The position numbers and the translations under genes are program-made. Below, in pieces: positions 38,488 to 48,931 of a stretch of DNA of 64,000 bases (position 1 is its first letter; each line of letters opens with the position of its first letter). Origin of the DNA: Vicinamibacterales bacterium (GTDB lineage: Bacteria; Acidobacteriota; Vicinamibacteria; Vicinamibacterales; UBA8438); the NCBI GenBank assembly GCA_963663815.1, contig OY760734.1, one strand, 5' to 3'. The notes beneath the pieces were generated by a model. The model saw only the letters and a program-made list of their open reading frames with translations, made no database searches and was not told the origin of the DNA.

Positions 38488-40475
38488 GACGACGGCGCGC
38501 CCGGACCCGGCTCGTCCTCGCTCGCGGCCAGCGGCAACCGGACCAGCAGGTAGTACAGCAGGACGAACACCAGGGCCCCGAGCAGGGCGCTCTGGGAGAT
38601 GGACGGCAGGACCCGGTCGACCCCGGCCGCGGTCCCTCCCGCGACCACGAACGCCAGCAGCACCGCCATCAGCGCCTCCCCGGCGATGAACCCCGACGAC
38701 AGCAGCACGCCGGTGTTGCTCGCCTTCGTGACGGCCGCCTCGCCGGCGTTGCGGGCCGCGAGCGCGCGCGACAGCATCCAGGCGATGAGCCCGCCGACGA
38801 AGATGGCGGCGGTGGCCGAGAACGGCAGGTACATGCCGACCGCGATCAGCATCGGCGAGGGCGAGTTGATGAGAATGAGCCCGAGGGCGAGGAACATCCC
38901 GGTGATGACGAGGGGCCAGGCCATCTCCCCGCCGACGATGCCCTCCGCCATCAGCGCCATCAGCCCCGCCTGGGGGGCGGGCAGCAGGTCGCTGCCGATG
39001 GTGTAGACCTCGTGCATCACCATCATCGGCAGAATGAGGACGAGCGCGGCGACGACCACGCCGATGATCTCGCCGACCTCCATCTTCCACGGGGTCCCGC
39101 CGAGGATGTGGCCGACCTTCAGGTCCTGCAGCATGTCGCCGGCGACGCCCGCCGCGCAGCAGACCACCCCCGCCACCCCCAGCACACCGAGGATGCCGGC
39201 GGGGCCGGTGACCCCGATGCCGACCATCAGGATCGCCGCGATCAGCAGGGTGCTGAGGGTGAGGCCGCTGATGGGGTTGTTCGAGCTGCCGAGCAGCCCC
39301 ACCAGATAGCCCGCCACCGCCGCAAAGAGGAACCCGAGGACGATCATGACCACGGTGAGCACGATGGCGCCGGGAATGCTGCCGCTGAAGAACCAGTAGA
39401 GCCCGAGCAGGGGCACCGCCATCACGGCGATGGCGACGCCGATCTTGTTGAAGTCCAGATCGAGGTTCTGTCGGGTGACCGCCTCCGCGCCGGTCCGCGC
39501 CCTCCGAATGTCCGTGAACGCCCGGCCGATGCCCTCGATGAGCGCCGTCCGCAGATTGAACAGCGTGTAGAACGCGGCCACGATCATCGTGCCCACCGCG
39601 AGCGGCCGAATCTGCTTCAGCCACACCTCTTCGCCGAGGGTCAGCAGCGCCGCCGCGTCGACCGTATCCGCCGCCGCCTGCGGATTCAGGAAGAGCCCCA
39701 GCGGCACCAGCAGCAGCCAGCCCAGCACCGCCCCCGCGAACAGGGTCGAGGCGATGGACGGGCCGACGATGAACCCCACCCCGACGAGGGCCGGCGAGGC
39801 GTCCGGCGACTGCAGGACGAACCCGCCGGCATGGCGCACCTGCTGGCCGAGCATCTCGATGGTCGAGCGCCCCAGGTCGACGAACGTGGTGGCCGAGCTC
39901 GACACGATCTGGACGCCGTTGGAGTTCTTGACGAGCTCCCAGGCACCGGCGATGCCCATGGCCTGGAACACGTACTTGGCGCCGGTCTGACCGCCCTGCC
40001 CCGCTTTCACCAGCTCCGCCGCGGCCACGCTCTCGGGGAACGGCAGGTCCGCCTCGACGACCATGGTGCGCCGCAGGACGATGATGAAGAGGACCCCGAG
40101 CAGCCCGCCCGTCAGCATGATGGCGGTGCTCTCCCAGTAGCGCAGCTCGTCCCACACCCCGCTGATGACGAAGGCCGGTATCGTGAAGATCGCCCCCGCC
40201 ACGAGGGCCTCGCCGACCGAGGCGGTGGTGCGCGAGATGTTCTCCTCGAGCACCGATCCCCCGAGCCCCCGCAGGGCCGCCATCGCCACCACCGCGGCCG
40301 GGAACGTCGCCGCGACGGTGAGGCCGGCCCGCATGCCCAGGTACGCGTTGGCGGCCCCGAGCACGATGGCCATCGCGACGCCGATGAGCACCGCCCTGAC
40401 GGTCAGCTCCGGCAGGTCGGTCTCCTCGGGCACGAACGGCGTGAAGCGCGACGACGAGGGGTCGTTTGTGCTCAT
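38484..40475 (-). CDS. OPT-family oligopeptide transporter
   Basis: 663-aa polytopic protein from ATG 40475. TVRAVLIGVAMAIVLGAANAYLGMRAGLTVAATFPAAVVAMA and SNNPISGLTLSTLL are typical of bacterial OPT transporters. Confidence 0.85.
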   Translation of the reverse strand: MSTNDPSSSRFTPFVPEETDLPELTVRAVLIGVAMAIVLGAANAYLGMRAGLTVAATFPAAVVAMAALRGLGGSVLEENISRTTASVGEALVAGAIFTIPAFVISGVWDELRYWESTAIMLTGGLLGVLFIIVLRRTMVVEADLPFPESVAAAELVKAGQGGQTGAKYVFQAMGIAGAWELVKNSNGVQIVSSSATTFVDLGRSTIEMLGQQVRHAGGFVLQSPDASPALVGVGFIVGPSIASTLFAGAVLGWLLLVPLGLFLNPQAAADTVDAAALLTLGEEVWLKQIRPLAVGTMIVAAFYTLFNLRTALIEGIGRAFTDIRRARTGAEAVTRQNLDLDFNKIGVAIAVMAVPLLGLYWFFSGSIPGAIVLTVVMIVLGFLFAAVAGYLVGLLGSSNNPISGLTLSTLLIAAILMVGIGVTGPAGILGVLGVAGVVCCAAGVAGDMLQDLKVGHILGGTPWKMEVGEIIGVVVAALVLILPMMVMHEVYTIGSDLLPAPQAGLMALMAEGIVGGEMAWPLVITGMFLALGLILINSPSPMLIAVGMYLPFSATAAIFVGGLIAWMLSRALAARNAGEAAVTKASNTGVLLSSGFIAGEALMAVLLAFVVAGGTAAGVDRVLPSISQSALLGALVFVLLYYLLVRLPLAASEDEPGPGAPSS

Positions 40476-40722
40476 GGCTGCCTGTTCTCCCTGTCCAGTG
40501 CCCGGCAGGAGTCGCCCGGGCGCGCCGCCCCGGGCCGCGCGGTCCCGGTCGAGCCGACACCGCCCGCGGTCGACGCCGTCGACGCCGGGATAGCGGCCCG
40601 GAATCGTCCCGTGGCCGCCTTTATACGGGCAACCGGCGCGGGACGCAACCGCCGGCGCGCTTGTCAGGCCGCGAAGCCGGGTGGTACTGTCCCCCGGTGC
40701 GACAACCCTTCGAGTGGTTCGT

Positions 40723-41682
40723 ATGACGTCAGCGACGGACCGGGTCTCCGGCCGCGCGCCGGCGGGCGCGGGCGCCACCCTTCCCGCCGCCGAGCTCGTG
40801 CGCGACATCTACGCGGGCGGGCGGCGGGCGGGCCGGCCGGTCATCTCGTTCGAGCTCTTCCCGCCGCGGACCCCCGCGGGGATGACCACGCTGTTCGAGC
40901 GGACCCTGCCGACCATGCAGGCGCTCCGGCCGCACTTCTACTCGGTCACCTACGGCGCCGGCGGCAGCACCCGGGACAAGACCCTCGACATCGCGGACCG
41001 CATCCAGCGGGAACACGGGGCCACCGCCATGGCGCATCTGACGTGCATCAGCACGCCGCGCCCCGAGATCGAGCGGTATCTGCTGGAGGCCCGGGCGCGC
41101 GGCATCCGGAACATCCTGGCCCTGCGCGGCGACCCGCCGCAGAACGTGGACGAGCTCGCCGAGCTGGAGAGCGGGTTCGAGTACTCGTACCAGCTCGTCA
41201 CGTTCATCCGGGAGCTCGGCGGCTTCTCCATCGGGACCGCCGGCTTCCCCGAGAGCCACATCGCGTGCACCGAGGGCAAGCACGTCGACTGGCAGCGGCT
41301 CAAGGCCAAGATCGACGCTGGCGCCGACCTCGTGCTCACGCAGCTGTTCTTCGACAACGACGACTACTTCGCCTTCAGGGACCACCTGGTGGACACCCTC
41401 GGGGTGCGGGTTCCGCTGACGCCGGGGGTGCTGCCGATTCTGGGCACGCAGCAGATCAAGCGGTTCACCGCCATCTGCGGGGCGACGCTGCCGGCCCCGC
41501 TGCTCGAGAAGCTGGAGCGGTTCGGCGACGACGCCGAGGCGGTCGCCGACTTCGGCGTCGAGTTCGCGACCCGCCAGTGCGAGGCCCTGCTGGCCGGGGG
41601 GGCCCCCGGCCTCCACGTCTACTCCCTGAACCGCGCGCGGGCCGTCACGAGCATCGTCGACAATCTGGGGCTGCGCGGCTGA
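40723..41682 (+). CDS. metF: methylenetetrahydrofolate reductase
   Basis: ISFELFPPRT, SVTYGAGGSTRDKTL, MAHLTC, NILALRGDPP and LTQLFFD motifs. ATG 40723 chosen inside the longer ORF. Confidence 0.9.
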   Translation: MTSATDRVSGRAPAGAGATLPAAELVRDIYAGGRRAGRPVISFELFPPRTPAGMTTLFERTLPTMQALRPHFYSVTYGAGGSTRDKTLDIADRIQREHGATAMAHLTCISTPRPEIERYLLEARARGIRNILALRGDPPQNVDELAELESGFEYSYQLVTFIRELGGFSIGTAGFPESHIACTEGKHVDWQRLKAKIDAGADLVLTQLFFDNDDYFAFRDHLVDTLGVRVPLTPGVLPILGTQQIKRFTAICGATLPAPLLEKLERFGDDAEAVADFGVEFATRQCEALLAGGAPGLHVYSLNRARAVTSIVDNLGLRG

Positions 41683-41903
41683 GCCCAGGCGGGGCCACCC
41701 TGGCGCGCCGGTGGTCTGTCGCAGCAACGACGCTACGGTGGAGCGTCCGCGGGCTCGACACCGCGACCCTCGACCGGTGCCCGGAAACAGCCGGTCTCGC
41801 GGACTTGTCGGGCGCGGGCAGGTCTGTCAGGCCAATGCGCCGAGAAGCCGGCCCGCGGTCGACGACCGGCTCCCCCCGGAGGCCGGCGGCCCCCCGTCGC
41901 GCG

Positions 41904-42098
41904 TCACGACCGCTCGATCCACTCGACGAACTTCGAGCCGTCGACGGACGCGTCGACGATCATGACCCGGGTCACCCGGGCGTTCTCGTGGATCAACGCC
42001 TTGGTGGCGTCGCGCGCCTCCTCGACGCTGGCGTAGCGGTTGAACAGGAGCGGCGAGTTGGCGGCGCCGCCGCGCACGGTGGGAATCAGCTTGAACAT
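41904..42098 (-). CDS. hypothetical small protein (64 aa)
   Basis: ORF with host-like high third-position GC and a non-degenerate composition (MFKLIPTVRGGAANSPLLFNRYASVEEARDATKALIHENARV...). No family recognised. Confidence 0.4.
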   Translation of the reverse strand: MFKLIPTVRGGAANSPLLFNRYASVEEARDATKALIHENARVTRVMIVDASVDGSKFVEWIERS

Positions 42099-42164
42099 GG
42101 CGGGGAGATCATACCCCGCGCCGGAGGCCGCGGCGACCGCGGACGGACGGCCGGCGAGCCTGCG

Positions 42165-43289
42165 TCACTCCGCCCCGGACCGCGGCCCGGGCTCGGGCGC
42201 GGGCCACCGCCGGCGCCCGAGGTCGGTGCCCACCGCCAGCTGCAGGACCTCGCCGTAGCTCTGCACGCCGCCGGCCACCCGGTTGGCCCTGAGATAGCTG
42301 TCGTTCAGCCGACGCGCGTTCTCACGGATTATCGGCACCGCCCGGCTGGTCCGCGCGCGCACCGCGGCGTAGTCGGCGCGGGGGCCCGGACCGAGCTCGG
42401 CCCCGAGGGCCGCTCGCGACGCTTCCGGGACCGCGCCGAGCAGGCGCCCCACCAGGTTCAGCCATCCGCTGTACTGCATGCGCTCGTCCCCCTCCAGGCA
42501 CGTCAGCCACGCCACGAAGTTGGCCTCCGCCTCGTGGGCGAAGCCGGCCAGGTGCGCCCACTCGTGCGCGGTGACGAACGGACGTTCGAACGGCAGCACG
42601 GTGTCGTTCACGAGCACCTGGAGCGAGAACGGGTCGAACATCCCGTCGATGCCGGCGCGCCGGAAGTACGGCGTCAGCAGCGAACGCCGGGGCACGACGG
42701 CGGGGGCGGGGCGCAACAGGCCCAGCTCGCGCTGCGCGCGCTCGAACGCGGGGCCGAGCTCGTCCGGCAGCTCCTCGAGCTGCGGCCACGACCGCGCCTC
42801 TATCGCCTCGAACAACCGATTGAGATGCGTCACGCCGGCCGCCGCCAGCTCGTCGAGGGCCGCCGCGGTCACCCGATCCGCGCGGTAGCCGAGCTTCGCG
42901 GTGAGGGTCTCGCGGCGGTAGTTCAGACCCCAGGTGACGAGAAACACCAGGTAGACGACGGCGGCGACGACCGTGAGCCGGGCCGCGACGGCGCCGAGCA
43001 CGCCGAGCCGACGCCGTCGCCCGGGACGCGCCAGGCGCCAGGCGGCCCACCCGAGGATGGCCGACCCGCCGGCGAGCAGCAGCCAGTCGAACAGCACGAG
43101 CGGTATCCGGCTCGTCGCCGCCGTCACGAGCTGCCGCACGATCGGATACACGCCGCCCGAGTACGCGGACTCGACGGCGGCACGCGAGAGCGGCGCTACC
43201 GCCATCACCATCGCCGCCCCGACGAGCGCCGCGTGCGGCCAGCCCGGCCCGCGGCGGACCGGTTCGGGCCGGGATCGCTTCCGCGCCAT
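42165..43289 (-). CDS. DUF3810 domain-containing membrane metalloprotein
   Basis: N-terminal TM segments and VTAHEWAHLAGFAHEAEANFVAWL (HExxH...E..EANF), as I recall for DUF3810. Confidence 0.7.
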   Translation of the reverse strand: MARKRSRPEPVRRGPGWPHAALVGAAMVMAVAPLSRAAVESAYSGGVYPIVRQLVTAATSRIPLVLFDWLLLAGGSAILGWAAWRLARPGRRRRLGVLGAVAARLTVVAAVVYLVFLVTWGLNYRRETLTAKLGYRADRVTAAALDELAAAGVTHLNRLFEAIEARSWPQLEELPDELGPAFERAQRELGLLRPAPAVVPRRSLLTPYFRRAGIDGMFDPFSLQVLVNDTVLPFERPFVTAHEWAHLAGFAHEAEANFVAWLTCLEGDERMQYSGWLNLVGRLLGAVPEASRAALGAELGPGPRADYAAVRARTSRAVPIIRENARRLNDSYLRANRVAGGVQSYGEVLQLAVGTDLGRRRWPAPEPGPRSGAE

Positions 43290-43419
43290 GTCGGTACCCT
43301 ACACCAGCCGCAGCCGCCAACGGCGAGCCGCGCGGGCGTCAGCCTCGACTCCGGCGGCCGCCGACCTGACCGCCATGGCGCCCCCGCGCACCCGCCGAGC
43401 CCGGTGATAAACTGGCCCG

Positions 43420-45519
43420 ATGTCCAAGGCCGACGACGAGCTGACCTGGGGCCGCTCGACGGTCCACACCGTGTGTCCCCTCGACTGCCCCGACACCTGC
43501 AGCCTCGAGGTCGCGGTCGAGCGGGGCGCAATCGTCTCCATCGACGGGTCCCGCAGGAACCCGGTCACCGACGGCTACATCTGCGGGAAGGTCCGCCGGT
43601 TCGGCGAGCGCGTGTACGGCGACGCCCGCCTGACCCAGCCCCTCGTCCGCCAGGGCCGGCGCGGCGACGGCGAGTTCGGGCAGGCCAGCTGGGAAGAGGC
43701 CCTGGCGATGATCGCGAGCCGGATGGTCGACGTTCGCGACACGTGGGGGGGCGAGGCGGTCCTGCCCTTCTCGTACGGAGGCTCGAACGGCCTGCTGACC
43801 CAGGACACCGTCGACGCCCGGCTGTTCCGGGAGTTCGGCGCGTCGCGGCTCGCCCGAACCGTGTGCGCCCTGCCCACGAGCACCGCCAACCAGGCCCTCT
43901 ACGGCAAGATGCCGGGCGTGACGTACGCCGATTACCGCCACGCGCGGCTCATCGTGGTGTGGGGCGCCAACCCGTCGAGCTCGGGCATCCACCTGGTGCC
44001 GCACATCAAGGCGGCGCAGGAGGCCGGGGCGGCGCTGGTGGTCATCGATCCCCGCCGCACCAACCTGGCCCGCCGCGCCGACATTCACCTCGCTCCGAGG
44101 CCGGGGACCGACGTCGCCGTCGCGCTGGCCCTGCACCGGTACCTGTTCGAGAACGACCGGGCCGACGACGAGTTCATCGCCGCCCACGCGGAGGGCGCGG
44201 ACCGGTTGCGCGAGCGCTGCGCGGAATGGACCTTCGACCGGGCGGCCGAGGTCGCCGGGCTCGACCCCGGGCTGATCGAGAGCTTCGCGGAGATGTACGC
44301 CGACATCTCTCCCGCCGTCATCCGCTGCGGGTGGGGGCTCGAGCGCAACCGCAACGGCGGCAACGCCGCCCTCGCGGTGCTCGCCCTGCCCGCCGTCGCC
44401 GGCAAGTTCGGGGTCCGGGGAGGCGGCTACTCGATGAGCAACTCCGGCGCCTGGAACCTCTCGGCCGAGTCGTGGATCGGCAGCCCCGAGCCGGACACCC
44501 GGGTCGTCAACATGAACCGTCTGGGCCACGCCCTGCTCGAGCTGCAGGATCCGCCGATCAAGATGCTCTTCGTCTACAACTGCAACCCGGCGGTGACGAT
44601 GCCCAACCAGAACCGGGTGCTGGAAGGACTCGCCCGGGAGGACCTCTTCACGGTGGTGCTCGACCAGGTGATGACCGACACCGCGAAGCTCGCCGACGTC
44701 GTGCTGCCCGCCACCACGTTCCTCGAGTCCTACGACATCGCCCGGAGCTACGGGTCGACCAACCTGCAGCTCGCCCGGCCCGTGATCGAGCCGGTGGGCG
44801 CCTCCCGGCCCAACGTGGAAGTGTTCGCGGAGCTGGCGGGCCGCCTGGGCGTGGACGTGGGGGCCGGGTACGAGAGCGACGTCGAGGCCCTGCTCCAGCT
44901 CACCGCCGCCCTCCCCGAGGAGGCGCGCGGCCCGCTCCTGGAGACGGGCATCGCGGCCGGGGTGGCGGATGGCGCGCCGGTCCAGTTCGTCGACGTCCAT
45001 CCCCGGACTCCGAACCGGAAGGTTCGGCTGTTCCCCGACGAGCTCGAGCGCGAGAGCCCCGAGGGCATCTACCGCTACCGGCCCGACCCCGCGACGGCCG
45101 ACTATCCCCTCGCCCTCATCTCCCCGTCCACCGGCAAGACCGTCAACTCCACCCTCGGCGAGCTGCGCCAGCGCGTGGCCAGCCTGCAGATGCACCCCGG
45201 CGACGCCGAGCCCCGCGGCCTCACCGACGGCGACACCGCCCGTGTCTTCAACGCCCTCGGCGAGGTCCACTGCCCCGTGGCGCTCGACGCGGGCATCCGC
45301 CGCGGCTCCGTCGCCCTCCCCAAGGGCCTGTGGCGCATGAGCACCCTGAACGGGGCCACCGCCAACGCCCTCGTCCCCGACGACCTGACGGATATCGGCG
45401 GCGGCGCCGTCTTCAACGACGCCCGCGTGCAGGTGGCCCGCGTCGTCACCGCCACCCTGCAGCGCGACGGACAGGAGCCGGCGGACTCCGCAGCCGGCGG
45501 GGATGCGTCCGTCCATTGA
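43420..45519 (+). CDS. molybdopterin-dependent oxidoreductase (bis-MGD family, cytoplasmic)
   Basis: N-terminal Fe-S motif CPLDCPDTCSLEV. Typical MopB blocks (ISWEEAL, VVWGANP, IDPRRT) and a C-terminal molybdopterin dinucleotide-binding domain (MHPGDAEPRGLTDGDTARVFN). Confidence 0.85.
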   Translation: MSKADDELTWGRSTVHTVCPLDCPDTCSLEVAVERGAIVSIDGSRRNPVTDGYICGKVRRFGERVYGDARLTQPLVRQGRRGDGEFGQASWEEALAMIASRMVDVRDTWGGEAVLPFSYGGSNGLLTQDTVDARLFREFGASRLARTVCALPTSTANQALYGKMPGVTYADYRHARLIVVWGANPSSSGIHLVPHIKAAQEAGAALVVIDPRRTNLARRADIHLAPRPGTDVAVALALHRYLFENDRADDEFIAAHAEGADRLRERCAEWTFDRAAEVAGLDPGLIESFAEMYADISPAVIRCGWGLERNRNGGNAALAVLALPAVAGKFGVRGGGYSMSNSGAWNLSAESWIGSPEPDTRVVNMNRLGHALLELQDPPIKMLFVYNCNPAVTMPNQNRVLEGLAREDLFTVVLDQVMTDTAKLADVVLPATTFLESYDIARSYGSTNLQLARPVIEPVGASRPNVEVFAELAGRLGVDVGAGYESDVEALLQLTAALPEEARGPLLETGIAAGVADGAPVQFVDVHPRTPNRKVRLFPDELERESPEGIYRYRPDPATADYPLALISPSTGKTVNSTLGELRQRVASLQMHPGDAEPRGLTDGDTARVFNALGEVHCPVALDAGIRRGSVALPKGLWRMSTLNGATANALVPDDLTDIGGGAVFNDARVQVARVVTATLQRDGQEPADSAAGGDASVH

Positions 45520-45558
45520 GAGGCAGGCACGCCTTGTCACGCCTCGACTCGCGGATGG

Positions 45559-46998
45559 TCACGCCTCCCGCGGCGCCGCCGGGACGGGCGCGTGGTCGGG
45601 GTGGACGAGGTCGGAGACGCGGCCGCCGGGCATGCGCACGGCCGCGAGCACCGCGAGCAAGGTGACGGCGGCGGTGAGGCCGAAGACCCGGTGGATCGCC
45701 TCGAGCATGCGGGCCGGCGAGGGGTCGCCGCTCGACGCGACGGCAGCCGCGATGACCGCGCCGAACAGGGCGACGCCGACCGCCCCGCCGATGCTGCGGG
45801 TGAACTGCCCGAACGACGTCGCGACCCCGAGGTGCCGCCGCGCGACGGCGCTCTGCATGGCCAGCACCAGCGACAGCATGGCCATCCCCATCCCCATGCC
45901 CATCAGGGCGAGCTCGGCCCGAAGCAGCCAGCCGGGCGCATCGGCGGTGATGGAGGCCAGCCCGGCGAAGGCGACGGTGACGATGCTCAGGCCGCCGACG
46001 ACCATCGGCCGGTAGCCGGTGCGGTGCACGAGCCGGCCCGCGATCACCGACACGACCACCCACCCCAGGACCAGCGGCGTAAGCGCCCGGCCCGCCTCGA
46101 CCGCGGTGCCCCCCAGCCCCTCCTGCACCAGGAGCGGCACGTACGAGATGGCGCTGAACATGGCCGCGCCGACGAGCAGCCCGATGCCCCCGATGGACGC
46201 CACCATCCGGTCGCCGAGCAGATCGACGGGCACCATCGGCTCGGCCGCCCGGCGCTCGACCCGCACCAGCCACCAGCCGAACCCGGCCGCGGCCCCACCG
46301 GCGAGCGCAACCCACGCCCCGCGGCCGGCCACCCCGGTCTGGCCGACGGCGAGCATCAGCAGGGTGACCGAGGTCGCGAGCAGGGCCGCCCCCGCGTAGT
46401 CGACGGTGCGCCGAACGCCCCGCGGCGGGTCGCGCAGGGCGGCGCCCACCGCCACCGCGGCGAGGATGCCGAACGGGATGTTGAGGTAGAACACCCAGCG
46501 CCACGAGAGCAGGGCCGTGATGTAGCCGCCGGCGAGCGGCCCGGCGACCGAGGCGACACCCCACACCGCGCTCAGCAGCCCCTGCGTGCGGCCCCGCTCG
46601 CGCAGCGTGTAGTGGTCGCCGATGATGCTCATCCCCAGGGGCATGAGGCCGCCGGCCCCGAGGCCCTGCAGGGTCCTGAACAGGATGAGCTCGGGCATCG
46701 AGCGGGCCGCGCCGGAGAGGGCCGAGCCCACCAGGAAGATGCCGATGCACCACAGATAGAAGCGCCGGCGCCCGTACAGGTCGGAGAGCTTGCCCCACAG
46801 GGGAATCGAGACCGTCGACGCCAGCAGGTAGGCGGAGAAGACCCAGCTGTACCAGGCGAGCCCCCCGAGCTGGCCGGCGACCGTCGGCATGGCCGCGGCC
46901 ACGACGGTCATCTCGATGGCCGCGAGGAAGGTCCCCCCCAGCACCCCGGCCAGCGCCACCGCCCGGCGGGCGCCGCGGATGGGTTCGTGATGGGTCAT
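45559..46998 (-). CDS. MFS transporter, DHA2 (EmrB/QacA-like, 14-TM type)
   Basis: GKLSDLYGRRRF (motif A-like), LFRTLQGLGAGGLMP, and about 14 hydrophobic segments. Confidence 0.85.
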   Translation of the reverse strand: MTHHEPIRGARRAVALAGVLGGTFLAAIEMTVVAAAMPTVAGQLGGLAWYSWVFSAYLLASTVSIPLWGKLSDLYGRRRFYLWCIGIFLVGSALSGAARSMPELILFRTLQGLGAGGLMPLGMSIIGDHYTLRERGRTQGLLSAVWGVASVAGPLAGGYITALLSWRWVFYLNIPFGILAAVAVGAALRDPPRGVRRTVDYAGAALLATSVTLLMLAVGQTGVAGRGAWVALAGGAAAGFGWWLVRVERRAAEPMVPVDLLGDRMVASIGGIGLLVGAAMFSAISYVPLLVQEGLGGTAVEAGRALTPLVLGWVVVSVIAGRLVHRTGYRPMVVGGLSIVTVAFAGLASITADAPGWLLRAELALMGMGMGMAMLSLVLAMQSAVARRHLGVATSFGQFTRSIGGAVGVALFGAVIAAAVASSGDPSPARMLEAIHRVFGLTAAVTLLAVLAAVRMPGGRVSDLVHPDHAPVPAAPREA

Positions 46999-47135
46999 TG
47001 CCTGTCGGCGCGTCCTCGAGCGACTCTACACCCGCCGCCCGCGGCGCGCCGTGGAATTGCGGGACGGCGACCTCACCCATCCAACCTTCCCATGTTACGA
47101 TCCCGGCGACCGGCGCCGCCAGCGGAACGATCCCC

Positions 47136-47429
47136 ATGCCTGATTCCGACACCCCCGTCCGAACCGTGAAGTGCGTGAAGCTCCAGCGCGAGCTGCCCGG
47201 GCTCGACGAGCCTCCCTGGCCCGGCGAGCTGGGCCGGCGCATCTACGAGCAGGTCTCCGCCGACGCCTGGAAGCAGTGGGAAGAACGGATGACGATGATC
47301 CTCAACGAGTACCGTCTCATGCCCTGGCAGAAGGAGGCCCAGGACCTCGTGGCGAAGTACATGGAGGAGTTCTTCTTCGGCGAAGAGTCGGCCCCGCCCC
47401 CGGACTTCGTGCCCCAGCAGCAGAAGTGA
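47136..47429 (+). CDS. yggX: Fe(2+)-trafficking / oxidative damage protection protein
   Basis: VKCVKLQRELPGLDEPPWPGELGRRIYEQVSADAWKQWEERMTMILNEYRL parallels E. coli YggX ([37 protein letters not shown]). Confidence 0.85.
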   Translation: MPDSDTPVRTVKCVKLQRELPGLDEPPWPGELGRRIYEQVSADAWKQWEERMTMILNEYRLMPWQKEAQDLVAKYMEEFFFGEESAPPPDFVPQQQK

Positions 47430-47479
47430 CGCCCCGGCGGTCTGCCCGCCGACGCTCGTAGCGGGCGCGCACGGCCGCC

Positions 47480-48928
47480 TCAAGACGCAGCCGCGCCGTC
47501 GAGGGCCGCCGGCCTGGCGACCGGAGGCGTCGCCAGGCTCACCACGACGAGGGTCCCGATGGACAGCGCCAGGGCCGGGTACGCGGTCTCCAGGCCCAGG
47601 GGATAGGCGGGCGTCCCCTCGACGCTGCGGGCGAGCCCGACGATCTCCCACCCGAGCGTCGTGACCATCCCCACGAGGATCGACGCCACGCCCCCGGCCG
47701 GGGTCGCGCGGCGCCAGAGCAGGGCGCCGAGAAGCGCGGGGGTGATGCCCGCGCCGTACATCGTGTACGCCCACAGGGCCATTGCGAGGATGGTCGGGAA
47801 GAACCTCCCCGCCACGTAGCCGAACAGGCCGAGAATCAGGACGATGACCCGGGTGTAGACGATGACCTGCGCCCCGGTCATCGACGGGTCGACGAAGCGC
47901 TGATACACGTCCCGGATGAGGTTCGTGGCGGGGGTCAGCAGGAAGCTGTTCGCGGTCGAGACGATGATCGCGGCCGCCCCGCACACCAGGACCACGCCCA
48001 GGAACGGGGGCAGCACGTCGGTCGCGACCCGGATGACGATCTCCTCCGACTGCGCGTCGGTCAGCCCCGGCGTGACGGTGCTCGCGAACACGCCGGTCGA
48101 GTCGATCAGCGTCTCGACCACCATCGTGCCCACGATCCACCCGCCGACCGCGAGCCGGGCCGCCCGCTCGTCGCGGGCCGAGAAGAACTTCTGGTACATG
48201 TTGGCTTCGCCGAGCAGCAGGAACATCGTCGGCAGGAACAGCGCCAGCGACGCCTGCGGCCCCAGGGTGCCGAACAGCGACACCTGGTCGGGCCGGAGCG
48301 CTCCCACCGCGGCGCCGAGCCCGCCCGCGTCGCCGACCATGAAAGTCACCGCCAGCACCACCCCGATGGTCATGAGCAGGCCGTTGCCGACGTCGAGGTA
48401 GGCGATGGACAGCATGCCCGCGAGCGCCGTGAACACGACGCAGAACGCCATCGTGATGAACGCCCCCGTGTCCGGATCGACGCCCGCTACCGACGACAGG
48501 AGGCGGCCGCCGCCCCGGAACTGGTAGGCTGCGATGGTCGAGTAGGCGAGCACCGTGGTCACCGTGCCCAGCACCCGCGCGGCCGGCCCGTAGCGCAGCT
48601 CGAGGATGTCGGGCACCGTGTACTGGGCGATGCGGCGCACCCGGGGCGCGATGAAGTAGACGAGGGCGATGCCCACCCACGCGCCCGCCGACTGCCACAG
48701 GGCCGGGAAGCCGGCCCGGTAGCCGAGCCCGGCCCCCGCGAACAGGCTGCCCGACCCGATCCAGGTCGCGAGCAGCGTGAACACCAGCACCCGCGCCGGC
48801 AGGGCCCGGCCCGCCACGAGGAAGTCGTCGCCGGTCCGCACCCGGCGGCTGCGGTACGCGCCCACGAGGACGAGCACGGAGAGATAGAGCAAGACGGCCG
48901 TCAGCATGGGGTGTGTCTCCGCGTGCAT
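47480..48928 (-). CDS. sodium:solute symporter (SSS) family transporter
   Basis: 482-aa polytopic protein. DDFLVAGRALP, WIGSGSLFAGAGLGY and GMLSIAYLDV resemble SSS-family motifs. Confidence 0.8.
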   Translation of the reverse strand: MHAETHPMLTAVLLYLSVLVLVGAYRSRRVRTGDDFLVAGRALPARVLVFTLLATWIGSGSLFAGAGLGYRAGFPALWQSAGAWVGIALVYFIAPRVRRIAQYTVPDILELRYGPAARVLGTVTTVLAYSTIAAYQFRGGGRLLSSVAGVDPDTGAFITMAFCVVFTALAGMLSIAYLDVGNGLLMTIGVVLAVTFMVGDAGGLGAAVGALRPDQVSLFGTLGPQASLALFLPTMFLLLGEANMYQKFFSARDERAARLAVGGWIVGTMVVETLIDSTGVFASTVTPGLTDAQSEEIVIRVATDVLPPFLGVVLVCGAAAIIVSTANSFLLTPATNLIRDVYQRFVDPSMTGAQVIVYTRVIVLILGLFGYVAGRFFPTILAMALWAYTMYGAGITPALLGALLWRRATPAGGVASILVGMVTTLGWEIVGLARSVEGTPAYPLGLETAYPALALSIGTLVVVSLATPPVARPAALDGAAAS

Positions 48929-48931
48929 TAT

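Noticed and set aside
40476-40722. Riboswitch (SAM or THF type) upstream of metF
   Set aside because: I recognised no conserved riboswitch core motifs. Only a weak TTGTCA-18 nt-TACTGT promoter-like element at 40661-40690 was seen. An Rfam scan is needed.
39012-45665. 2217-aa plus-strand ORF, and similar giants (11660-15523 minus, 16774-19803 minus, 16734-19664 plus, 2639-4963 minus, 31812-34403 minus)
   Set aside because: Their translations are dominated by Arg/Pro/Gly/Ala/His runs with no domain-like motifs. They run antisense or out of frame to genes with clear family signatures. They are typical stop-codon-poor shadow ORFs of very GC-rich DNA.
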